This document shows positions 8,600 to 16,777 of a stretch of 52,713 nt of DNA, in pieces. The translations under genes and the position numbers were made by a program. Below the pieces are notes generated by a model. That model saw only the letters and a list, made by a program, of their open reading frames with translations, was not told the DNA's origin and searched no databases. The first letter of the stretch is position 1. Each line of letters opens with the position of its first letter. The DNA is taken from positions 1-52,713 of the forward strand of contig JBBDUG010000004.1 of NCBI GenBank assembly GCA_040904025.1, written 5' to 3'. The DNA comes from Minisyncoccota bacterium (GTDB lineage Bacteria > Patescibacteriota > Minisyncoccia > Phycocordibacterales > SW-6-46-9).

Positions 8600-8945
8600 A
8601 GTAAAAGACTTGTCTTTAGAGGTGTGTATTGGAGCATATCCAGAGGAGAGGGGAAAGAAACAGAAAATTCTCTGTGACATCGATATATCGACTGATATAT
8701 CAGATGTGGTGGTCTCTGATAATCTCGAGGACGCGTTGGATTATATGGAGCGTGTTAATGAAATACAGGAATATTTCTCACAACACTCACCACACCTTAT
8801 CGAGACTGCAGCGAGTGCAATTGCCGATATGTGTCTCAAGCATCCTCGTGCAGAACATGTACGGGTTCTACTCAAGAAACCCTCTATTCTTGAAGATGCA
8901 GAATATGCAGGGATTTGCATAGAAAAAGGAAAGGGGGTAGAGTAA
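8583..8945 (+). CDS. folB: Dihydroneopterin aldolase family protein
   Basis: 120 aa. CIGAYPEERGKKQKI..DIDIS...DNLEDALDY pattern typical of FolB/FolX. Overlaps the previous gene by 17 nt. Confidence 0.75.
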   Translation: MKATIKVKDLSLEVCIGAYPEERGKKQKILCDIDISTDISDVVVSDNLEDALDYMERVNEIQEYFSQHSPHLIETAASAIADMCLKHPRAEHVRVLLKKPSILEDAEYAGICIEKGKGVE

Positions 8946-9057
8946 GAATACATGCACATACATTGCATACCCACAACGTGGTTTAACTTCTTTTATTTTC
9001 TCAAACCTCGAGGAGGGTATGTTTCTGTTATCTAAGTGAGATAAATACAAAAGATGT

Positions 9058-9092
9058 TAGAAACCTGCCCTTCTCGGCAGGTTTTTCTGATT
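9058..9092 (+). terminator. Intrinsic terminator after folB
   Basis: AAACCTGCC / GGCAGGTTT hairpin followed by TTTCTGATTTTG. Confidence 0.65.
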
Positions 9093-9119
9093 TTGTTCTT
9101 TCAAAACGAGGACTATGCT

Positions 9120-9503
9120 ATGAATTCTCCCGTACAAACGAGTGTTGCGGAAATTGTTCCTGTGGAGGTTGTAATCTCTGTTTCTCGAGGATACTTTAAG
9201 GAAGAGCATACAATCCCCGAGATGGGAATGTATACCGTTCATGTAGACGACTGTGAGGTTGTAGTTGAGTATCCTGAGACGCACGATGAACTTGCTACTG
9301 TGGCCCGCACTCTCATTGACTATCTGCGGTGTGGAGGGTTCACAGTTATGTCTCGCAAGATCTCCAGTGAATCTCAAGAGCTTGGTGTATATATACACTC
9401 GTGGCTCTATACGCAGCTCTATGAAGAGAGATTAAGGGAGCTTACAGATGCACTCCGTGCATATGTCAAAGATTCTCCTCGTATCACTCTTCTGGGGGTG
9501 TAG
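9120..9503 (+). CDS. Hypothetical protein
   Basis: Internal ATG of ORF 9054..9503, downstream of the terminator and preceded by GAGGA. No motif recognised. Confidence 0.45.
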   Translation: MNSPVQTSVAEIVPVEVVISVSRGYFKEEHTIPEMGMYTVHVDDCEVVVEYPETHDELATVARTLIDYLRCGGFTVMSRKISSESQELGVYIHSWLYTQLYEERLRELTDALRAYVKDSPRITLLGV

Positions 9504-9532
9504 CCAACCATATTATGTGGTTGGCTTTTTTA
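9502..9532 (+). terminator. Intrinsic terminator
   Basis: AGCCAACCA (9502-9510) / TGGTTGGCT (9518-9526) followed by T6. Confidence 0.65.
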
Positions 9533-10030
9533 TTCCCGCTCCAGATTTACCCAGGTGTACTTGATTCCTTCATGCTCACCCTCCTTTCTAAATGTCTCCT
9601 TTGTGAATTCAGAATAGTCGGGGAAGAATGTATCTCCTTCTTTATCTGAATCTACAAGCATGAGATAGAGTCGTTGTGTTTGGGGGAGTGCTTGTGTATA
9701 TATCTTTTCTCCTCCGAAGATAAAGATCTCTTCATTATCTTCTTCCCGCGCCCTATCAAGCGCGTCCTTAAGAGAGTGTGCAAGGATTGCTCCTGGAGCA
9801 CTATATTTCTCATTACGAGTCAGGACGATATTTGTACGACCGGGGAGTGGGCGATATTTCTCCGGGATAGATTCCCAGGTTTTTCGGCCCATGATGAGTG
9901 GGTGACCCATGGTGATCTTTTTGAGTCGTTTGTGGTCATCGGGGATACGCCACAGCAGGTCGTTGTCTTTTCCGAGTGCCCGTGTGTTTTCTCCGATGGC
10001 TGCAATCGCAGATATAATTGGTGTATTCAT
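9530..10030 (-). CDS. folA: Dihydrofolate reductase
   Basis: 166 aa. IAAIGENTRALGKDNDLLWRIPDDHKRLKKITMGHPLIMGRKTWESIP matches the DHFR signature. Confidence 0.9.
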   Translation of the reverse strand: MNTPIISAIAAIGENTRALGKDNDLLWRIPDDHKRLKKITMGHPLIMGRKTWESIPEKYRPLPGRTNIVLTRNEKYSAPGAILAHSLKDALDRAREEDNEEIFIFGGEKIYTQALPQTQRLYLMLVDSDKEGDTFFPDYSEFTKETFRKEGEHEGIKYTWVNLERE

Positions 10031-10079
10031 ATCACTACTATATACTACACATACTATTGGTTGTAACTAGATTTGTTGT

Positions 10080-10754
10080 ATGAGTCATACGTATGAAATA
10101 GAGATAAAAAGCTTGTTGGGGTCTGAGGAGAATGCAAAAGCATTAAAGGAACAACTGAATGAGAAAGAGGTAGAGGCTGTTGGTACTCATTCTCAGTTGA
10201 ACCACTATTTTAATTCTCCTGGAGATCTCTCTGAATTAGAGAAAGAAATCCTTTCTCATATTCCCGAAGAGCGCAGAGATGCACTACGAAAGATTATTGA
10301 AGAAGGAGAAGACCATTCAGTGCGTACTCGTGAAGCTGATGGAACAGTTCTCTTTATCATCAAAGCCTCTATTGATGAGGGGAGTAGCGCAAATACAGTC
10401 TCTCGCATTGAATTTGAAGAGGAGGTAGACATGTCACTTGATGAGCTGGATCAACTTCTTCTCGATTCTGGCTTGACGTATCAGGCAAAATGGTCTCGAG
10501 AGCGAGAAGAGTTTCGCTTAGATGATACAAATATTACAATAGATAAGAATGCGGGGTATGGATACCTTGCGGAATTTGAAAAAGTAGTAGAGGATGAAGA
10601 AAAGGTTCCAGAAGTGAGATCTGACCTTGCCCGTCTCATGGATGAGTTGGGTGTTGAGGAGCTTTCTCAAGATCGATTAGAGCGCATGTTTGCGCACTAT
10701 AACGAGAATTGGGAGGAGTATTATGGTACGGACAAAATATTTGTAATTGAGTAG
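10080..10754 (+). CDS. CYTH-domain (triphosphate tunnel metalloenzyme / CyaB-like) protein
   Basis: N-terminal EIEIK (ExExK) signature; size and acidic composition are consistent. Confidence 0.55.
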   Translation: MSHTYEIEIKSLLGSEENAKALKEQLNEKEVEAVGTHSQLNHYFNSPGDLSELEKEILSHIPEERRDALRKIIEEGEDHSVRTREADGTVLFIIKASIDEGSSANTVSRIEFEEEVDMSLDELDQLLLDSGLTYQAKWSREREEFRLDDTNITIDKNAGYGYLAEFEKVVEDEEKVPEVRSDLARLMDELGVEELSQDRLERMFAHYNENWEEYYGTDKIFVIE

Positions 10755-10756
10755 AT

Positions 10757-11335
10757 ATGTTTCTATCCGATGTAGATATAAAAAAAGCGCTTGAAAATGA
10801 AGAGATCATTATCGATCCCTTCAAAGAGGATCAGTTGGGGGTTGCAAGCTATGATGTGACACTCGGTAGTGAATTTGAGGTTGTTGATCGGCATCAAGTG
10901 CAGGCATCTGATCCGGCAAAAGGCGAGTATCCGGATACACGAACATTTCTCGTTAAAGACGAGGACCATTTTGTTTTGCATCCGGGAGAGAATATTCTCG
11001 GAAAGCAGCGTGAATTTATCGGTACGGATAACAAGCATTTGATACTTCTCTCGGGCAAGTCTTCTTTAGCCCGTGTTGGATTGGTTGTGCACAACACAGC
11101 AATGCTCTTCAATCCCGGTCATAAGTTCTACCCCACATTTGAGCTTGTTAACACATCAAATGTTCCTATCATTCTGCGTCCCGGTATGGAGATCGCACAA
11201 CTTCTCTTTGCACGTCTGACTTCTGAGACATCACAGCAGTATGAAAAGGTGGGGCGGTATGGAAGAGAGAATTCAAACCATTTTGTACCCAAAAAGGAGA
11301 TTACAAAAGATAAGAAAGGTATATATGGCAAATAA
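10757..11335 (+). CDS. dcd: dCTP deaminase family protein
   Basis: 192 aa. N-terminal MFLSD.DI......II.DPF......ASYD.TLG pattern and the position before thyA. Confidence 0.8.
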   Translation: MFLSDVDIKKALENEEIIIDPFKEDQLGVASYDVTLGSEFEVVDRHQVQASDPAKGEYPDTRTFLVKDEDHFVLHPGENILGKQREFIGTDNKHLILLSGKSSLARVGLVVHNTAMLFNPGHKFYPTFELVNTSNVPIILRPGMEIAQLLFARLTSETSQQYEKVGRYGRENSNHFVPKKEITKDKKGIYGK

Positions 11336-12305
11336 GACACATCCAGAGTATCAATATCTCGATCTCCTGCGGAATATACAAGAGAATGGAGTGAAGAATA
11401 TTGATGAGGGGACAGGGGCTGTCTCCTGGTCTCTCTTTGGTCCCCAAATGCGTTTTGATCTCCAGAACGGCTTTCCACTACTCACCACTAAAAAGGTGTA
11501 TTGGAGGGGGGTTCTACACGAACTCTATTGGTTTTTTGCGGGGATGACGAACATTAAATATCTGGTGGATAATAATGTACATATATGGGACGACTATCCA
11601 TATAAGATTTACATGGAAAAGGTGAAGAAGGGGGATGAAGAAGAGCTGAGTAAGGAAGAATTTATCGAAAAAATATCCTCAGACGATACATTTGCAGAGA
11701 AGCACGGTGAACTCCCTCGTATATACGGAGAGATGTGGCGGAATTGGCCGACTAAAGACGGAAGGGGAGTTGATCAACTTGAATGGGTAATTAATGAATT
11801 GCGGGAAGACCCGCATGCGCGCAATGCAATTGTAACGTCTTGGAATCCTGAATATCTCTATGCTATGGCAAAGCCTGAAGAGGCAAGTCGGTTTCCTATC
11901 TGTCACAATATGTATCAGATGAGTGTGAAAGGGGGTAAGCTACATTTAAAGTTGTATCAACGTTCAGCTGATATGTTTTTAGGCGTGCCGTTTAATATAG
12001 CTAGTTATGCACTCCTTGCGCATATTGTGGCTCAGATTCTTGATTTAGAGGTTGGAGATTTTGTACATACATTTGGAGATGCACATATATATGATAATCA
12101 CATGGATCAGGTGACAGAACAGCTCTCACGAGAACCGAAACCATTCTCCACTCTCTCTATTGATGATTCGGTTAAGGAGATAGGGGACTTCACACCTGAT
12201 ATGGTAAATCTTGAAGGATATGAACACCACGATGTTCTTCGTGGGGAATTGACTGTTGCTGGTGGTGTGAAGGAGCGTGATCTTGAGAAAGATAATGAAG
12301 AATAA
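11325..12305 (+). CDS. thyA: Thymidylate synthase (ThyA type, long form with insert)
   Basis: Start at the internal ATG 11325 (MANKTHPEYQYLDLL). Catalytic FPICHNMYQ and RSADMFLGVPFNIASYALL motifs. 11-nt overlap with dcd. Confidence 0.9.
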   Translation: MANKTHPEYQYLDLLRNIQENGVKNIDEGTGAVSWSLFGPQMRFDLQNGFPLLTTKKVYWRGVLHELYWFFAGMTNIKYLVDNNVHIWDDYPYKIYMEKVKKGDEEELSKEEFIEKISSDDTFAEKHGELPRIYGEMWRNWPTKDGRGVDQLEWVINELREDPHARNAIVTSWNPEYLYAMAKPEEASRFPICHNMYQMSVKGGKLHLKLYQRSADMFLGVPFNIASYALLAHIVAQILDLEVGDFVHTFGDAHIYDNHMDQVTEQLSREPKPFSTLSIDDSVKEIGDFTPDMVNLEGYEHHDVLRGELTVAGGVKERDLEKDNEE

Positions 12306-12921
12306 TAAAAAAATTGAAGCCCTTGAGTCTCTCTTAGTCAAACTCTATGAGGAACATAAAGAGAAACTCCTTTTTCATGGATGGTCTCATATAGAGTTTG
12401 TTCGCGCAAAAGCCCTTGAGTTTGCCCCAGAACTCAATGCAGATTTGTTTTTAGTTGAATCTGCTGCTTTAGTTCATGATCTGGACTATATTGATAAAGA
12501 GGGGAAGCGAAAAGGAGAGAATTTGCGGAAGAAGATTCTTTCAAATGCCGGGTATGGTGATGAAGAAAAAGAGCGTATTGAGGAAATAGTCCATAATGCA
12601 CATATTGGGAACCAGAAGGAAGGCATGAGTAATGAATCAAAGGCACTAGCTGATGGTGATAATCTCTTTAAAGTGCTTCCCTTCACACCCATTTTCTTTG
12701 CACACAAATATATTGAGGAGCAAGATACGGATATAAAAGAGCTTATGGAAAAGATCCTCGATGATCAGCAGGAAAAGATCGAGAATGGAACCTTCTTTTA
12801 TTCCAACACAGCACGTCAGAAATATTTACATTGGGCTGAGACAAACATTGGGATTTGGATTAATATGAAGGAGTGCTTTGATGACCCGGACATAGTAAAA
12901 CTTATTTCTTCTATTTCATGA
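12295..12921 (+). CDS. HD-domain phosphohydrolase
   Basis: HGWSHI ... ALVHDLDY (H..HD motif). The ATG overlaps the thyA stop region. Confidence 0.6.
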   Translation: MKNNKKIEALESLLVKLYEEHKEKLLFHGWSHIEFVRAKALEFAPELNADLFLVESAALVHDLDYIDKEGKRKGENLRKKILSNAGYGDEEKERIEEIVHNAHIGNQKEGMSNESKALADGDNLFKVLPFTPIFFAHKYIEEQDTDIKELMEKILDDQQEKIENGTFFYSNTARQKYLHWAETNIGIWINMKECFDDPDIVKLISSIS

Positions 12922-12968
12922 TCTGATACAGCTACAATCCTCTTATTCATCTAACTGTAGCTTTATCT

Positions 12969-14234
12969 ATGGACTACTCACATATACAAAAACAAGACAA
13001 GAAGTCATACGAGGCAATTATGGGGGAAGAGAAGCGTCAGGCCGAAGGCCTGGAACTTATCCCCTCAGAGAATTACGTATCTCTTGCAGTGCGTGAAGCA
13101 CTCGCCACCCCTTTCACCAACAAGTATTCAGAGGGGTATCCCGGTCGGAGATACTATGGCGGGCAGGAGTATACGGATGCAATTGAAACATTAGCGATAG
13201 AGCGGGCGAAGAAGCTCTTTGGAGCGGGGTTTGTGAATGTACAGCCACTCTCCGGTGCGCCGGCTAATATTGCGGCATATTTTGCACTCTGTGAGCCGGG
13301 AGATACGATTCTCGGTATGGATCTCTCCCATGGCGGACATCTCACTCATGGTCATCCAGTTACAGCGATGACTGATGTGTTTCGATTTGTGCGGTACAAG
13401 ATGAAAGACGTGGAGACAGGAGAGATCGACTATGATGCACTTCGGGAAGTAGCACGCAAAGAGAAGCCTAAACTCATTCTTGCAGGTTTTTCTGCATATT
13501 CTCGCGAACTTGACTACAACGCGTTTGTTGAAATTGCTCGTGAGGTTGGCGCATACACAATGATGGATGCAGCGCATATTGCCGGATTGATTGCTGCTGG
13601 TGTACTTGCTAACCCATTTGATGCCGGATTCGATATTGTTACCACCACAACACACAAAACACTACGTGGACCGCGGGGTGGTATGATCATGACTCGCGAT
13701 GATGAAGATATTGCACGGCGGATAGATAAGGCAATCTTTCCGGGGTTGCAGGGCGGTCCGCATATGAACGTGGTTGCAGCAAAGGCGGTGGCATTTGGTG
13801 AGGCACTTGATCCATCATTCAAAGAATATGCATCTCAAGTGCTTTTGAATGCAAAAGCAATGGAGAGAGTGTTTTTGAAGCGGGGTGTGCGTCTCATCGG
13901 TGGTGGAACAGATAATCATCTAATTCTTGCTGATGTCTTCGGCTCACTCGATATCACCGGAGCTCGTGCTGAAGAGGTGCTTGATGAGGTTGGGATAACA
14001 TTAAACAAGAATGTTATCGCTGATGACCCTCGCAAACCTCTTGATCCCTCCGGGATTCGTTTCGGAACTCCTGCTATAACTACTCGGGGATTTGGAGAGG
14101 AAGAGTGTGAAAAAGTAGCAGAATGTATGGTGGATGTACTTGAGAGCCCGGATGATGGGGATGTAAGAAGACGTATATCAGAAGAAATACAAGGCCTCGC
14201 AGAGGCGTTTCCCATTCCCGAGACATTTGTCTAG
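12969..14234 (+). CDS. glyA: Serine hydroxymethyltransferase
   Basis: 421 aa. SHGGHLTHG and TTTTHKTLRGPRGG (PLP lysine) motifs. Confidence 0.95.
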   Translation: MDYSHIQKQDKKSYEAIMGEEKRQAEGLELIPSENYVSLAVREALATPFTNKYSEGYPGRRYYGGQEYTDAIETLAIERAKKLFGAGFVNVQPLSGAPANIAAYFALCEPGDTILGMDLSHGGHLTHGHPVTAMTDVFRFVRYKMKDVETGEIDYDALREVARKEKPKLILAGFSAYSRELDYNAFVEIAREVGAYTMMDAAHIAGLIAAGVLANPFDAGFDIVTTTTHKTLRGPRGGMIMTRDDEDIARRIDKAIFPGLQGGPHMNVVAAKAVAFGEALDPSFKEYASQVLLNAKAMERVFLKRGVRLIGGGTDNHLILADVFGSLDITGARAEEVLDEVGITLNKNVIADDPRKPLDPSGIRFGTPAITTRGFGEEECEKVAECMVDVLESPDDGDVRRRISEEIQGLAEAFPIPETFV

Positions 14235-14261
14235 CTAGTTATCACCACCTCGTGGCTTTAA

Positions 14262-14585
14262 ATGCGATTTTTTGCGTGTACAATGTGGGGCATGATGTCA
14301 CTTGAGAGTGTTCCACTCCCGCATTCCCCCGAAGAGGGGGACAACAAAGAGGAAAAAACTCCCCGTCTACCCGGGGGAGACTTAACCCCTGAAGAAAGAG
14401 CAGAACTACAAGAAGTTCTTGCGGGTGTTTTCTCGGGTATGTACCGCAGTGAATCAAGAGGAAGAGAAGAAAAAAAGCCCCTCACCACTCTGCGAGAGGA
14501 GTTTGCCGAAGAGGATTTTAGAGATGCTGGACGTACGCCTATTGAGGAGGATGAAGGTGAGGCCGGATTGGATAGAGCAGCTTAA
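14262..14585 (+). CDS. Hypothetical Glu-rich small protein
   Basis: ORF track; codon periodicity looks coding. No family recognised and the start is uncertain. Confidence 0.35.
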   Translation: MRFFACTMWGMMSLESVPLPHSPEEGDNKEEKTPRLPGGDLTPEERAELQEVLAGVFSGMYRSESRGREEKKPLTTLREEFAEEDFRDAGRTPIEEDEGEAGLDRAA

Positions 14586-14660
14586 TGTGCATTTTTTATA
14601 CAAAAAGTGTAGTGTGAGACTAGTTCGTGGTTATTTAGAACGCACCGAGGGGGCAGTGCC

Positions 14661-14915
14661 ATGGAGCTAGACCGACTAAAAGAATTGAAGGGGTGGGAAG
14701 ATTTAACCCCTCTCCAACGCCAGGTCATTGGCTGTTCCTGTCTTTGCAAGGATGGGAGCGTCAAGTTGGGTCTTGATGTTGCGCTTGCAATCAAGGATGC
14801 TTTTGAGGGAGCGGGGATACCCACTCCTCTTGAGTTCCTCGTAGAGATAGCTCAGGAGGAGGGAGAAGGGCGTCCATCTATCTCTCTTGAACCACTGCGG
14901 GCCCGTGCTTTTTAA
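14661..14915 (+). CDS. Hypothetical small protein
   Basis: ORF track; followed by a terminator. Confidence 0.4.
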   Translation: MELDRLKELKGWEDLTPLQRQVIGCSCLCKDGSVKLGLDVALAIKDAFEGAGIPTPLEFLVEIAQEEGEGRPSISLEPLRARAF

Positions 14916-14931
14916 GCACAGGGCTTTTTTT
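14901..14931 (+). terminator. Intrinsic terminator
   Basis: GCCCGTGCTT / AAGCACAGGGC hairpin (one bulge) followed by T7. Confidence 0.6.
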
Positions 14932-14963
14932 ATTCCCCAGAATAGATACAATGCCATATACAT

Positions 14964-16652
14964 ATGATTCGTGATCAAATACAAGATTCACTAAAGAATA
15001 CAGATGTTGGCGAGATGGAGCTCGAACATCCTGAAGATATAGCACATGGAGACTTTGCTTCCAGTGTGGCTCTGAAGCGTGCCTCACAAGAGGGGGGTAA
15101 TCCGCGTGAGATAGCTCAAGATATAGTTGCCTCTCTTGAAGAGGAACTCCCATCCTCTATCGAGAAGGTAGAGATTGCAGGTCCCGGCTTTATCAACCTC
15201 TTTCTTTCTGCTGATATTCTGCGTGATGAGGTTGATGCTATCCGCTCAAAAGGTTCCGAATATGGATATATTGGAGGAGAAGAGAGTGAGAAAATTATTA
15301 TCGAATACACCGATCCCAATCCATTTAAGGTCTTTCATATTGGACATTTAATGTCCAATACAATTGGTGAGTCACTTAGTCGTCTGTTGGAGTTCTCTGG
15401 TGCAGAGGTATTGCGTGCTAACTACCAGGGTGATGTTGGTATGCACATTGCAATGGCGGTGTGGGGGGTGAGGCAATTAGAAGACGAAATGCCGGCAGGG
15501 AGTGATTCTCTTGAGAAGAGAGTGGACTTTTTGGGGCGTGCATATGCACACGGTGCGAAATTATATGAAGAGAACGATGAGATTCGGACAGAGATAGAGG
15601 CGGTGAACAAAAAAATATATGAAGGTGGTGATGAAGAGATCACCAATCTATATACATGGGGGCGGGAGATAAGTTTGGAGAAATTTGAATATCTCTATCA
15701 AATACTCGGGACGAAATTTGATAAATACTTTTTTGAGTCTGAGGTAGCTGATGCGGGGAAAGAAGTTGTCCTTGAAGGACTTGAGCGTGATATTTTCGAG
15801 CGTTCTGAAGGGGCGGTTGTATACAGGGGAGAGAAAGATGGGCTACACACACGTGTGTTTGTTAACTCACAAGGTATTCCAACATATGAAGCAAAAGAAC
15901 TTGCCCTGGCGCGGGAGAAGTATGAATGGGTGGAATATGATCGCTCTATTGTTGTCACCGCAAATGAGATAAATGAATACTTTAAAGTAGTTCTTTCTGC
16001 GATGAGCAAGCTGTTTCCAGATCTTGCAATGCGGACTGAACATGTCTCGCACGGCTTTCTCCGTCTTCCGACAGGGAAGATGTCATCGCGTACCGGTAAT
16101 ATTATCTCCGGCGAAGAACTTCTCGAGGAAGTTATCGCACGTACTGAGGCGAAAATGTCAGATCGTGATATTCCTAATGATGAGCGCGAGTTGATTGCGC
16201 GCAAGGTGGCGGTAGCGGCGATAAAGTACTCAATTTTAAAGCAGTCTGCCGGGAGTGACATTGTCTTTGATATTGAAAAATCTCTTTCATTTGAAGGTGA
16301 TTCAGGACCGTATTTGCAATATACATATGTGCGTACACAATCAGTGCTTGAGAAGGCACGAAATGAAGGGTATGAAATCGGTGGAGAAGCAGTAGGGGAA
16401 GTTACAGAAGTTGAACGGATGCTATATCGGTTTCCGGAGATTGTAGAGCGCTCATTGCATGAACGTAGTCCTCATTATGTTATCCGCTATCTTACCGATC
16501 TTGCTTCGTGCTTTAACTCATACTACGGATCGACACAAATCGTCTCTGATGAAGAGGGGGTTGGCTATCGTCTTGCACTGACTGATGCGGTGGGAGTGGT
16601 GTTAAAAAATGGTCTCTATCTTCTGGGGATAGAGACTGTTGATCGGATGTAG
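14964..16652 (+). CDS. argS: Arginyl-tRNA synthetase
   Basis: 562 aa. FKVFHIGHLMSN (HIGH) and GKMSSRTGN (KMSK-like) motifs, plus a DALR-type C-terminus. Confidence 0.93.
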   Translation: MIRDQIQDSLKNTDVGEMELEHPEDIAHGDFASSVALKRASQEGGNPREIAQDIVASLEEELPSSIEKVEIAGPGFINLFLSADILRDEVDAIRSKGSEYGYIGGEESEKIIIEYTDPNPFKVFHIGHLMSNTIGESLSRLLEFSGAEVLRANYQGDVGMHIAMAVWGVRQLEDEMPAGSDSLEKRVDFLGRAYAHGAKLYEENDEIRTEIEAVNKKIYEGGDEEITNLYTWGREISLEKFEYLYQILGTKFDKYFFESEVADAGKEVVLEGLERDIFERSEGAVVYRGEKDGLHTRVFVNSQGIPTYEAKELALAREKYEWVEYDRSIVVTANEINEYFKVVLSAMSKLFPDLAMRTEHVSHGFLRLPTGKMSSRTGNIISGEELLEEVIARTEAKMSDRDIPNDERELIARKVAVAAIKYSILKQSAGSDIVFDIEKSLSFEGDSGPYLQYTYVRTQSVLEKARNEGYEIGGEAVGEVTEVERMLYRFPEIVERSLHERSPHYVIRYLTDLASCFNSYYGSTQIVSDEEGVGYRLALTDAVGVVLKNGLYLLGIETVDRM

Positions 16653-16777
16653 TTAGACAGATTGGAGTATTGCAGTTTCTTCACTGAACAATTTTACCAC
16701 CCTATACTTTTTAAATATGCTTTTGTACGGGGCTTAATTCCTAGAAAGCAACGCGTTGCTATGCTAGAGTGGAATAC

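Noticed and set aside
9054-9119. Upstream start codon of ORF 9054..9503
   Set aside because: The first 22 codons overlap the folB terminator hairpin. The ATG at 9120 has a GAGGA ribosome-binding site.
11600-11720. About 40-aa insertion in ThyA (YKIYMEKVKKGDEEELSKEEFIEKISSDDTFAEKHG) as a novelty
   Set aside because: An insertion at this position is a known feature of long-form thymidylate synthases such as the Lactobacillus casei type.
14235-14660. G/C-rich hairpins (CCCCCGAAGAGGGGG, CTCCCCG..CGGGGGAG) considered as part of a tmRNA or RNase P gene
   Set aside because: No tRNA-like 3' end and no P4 motifs are present. The region reads as a continuous Glu/Pro-rich ORF with coding-like periodicity, so it was kept as a low-confidence CDS.
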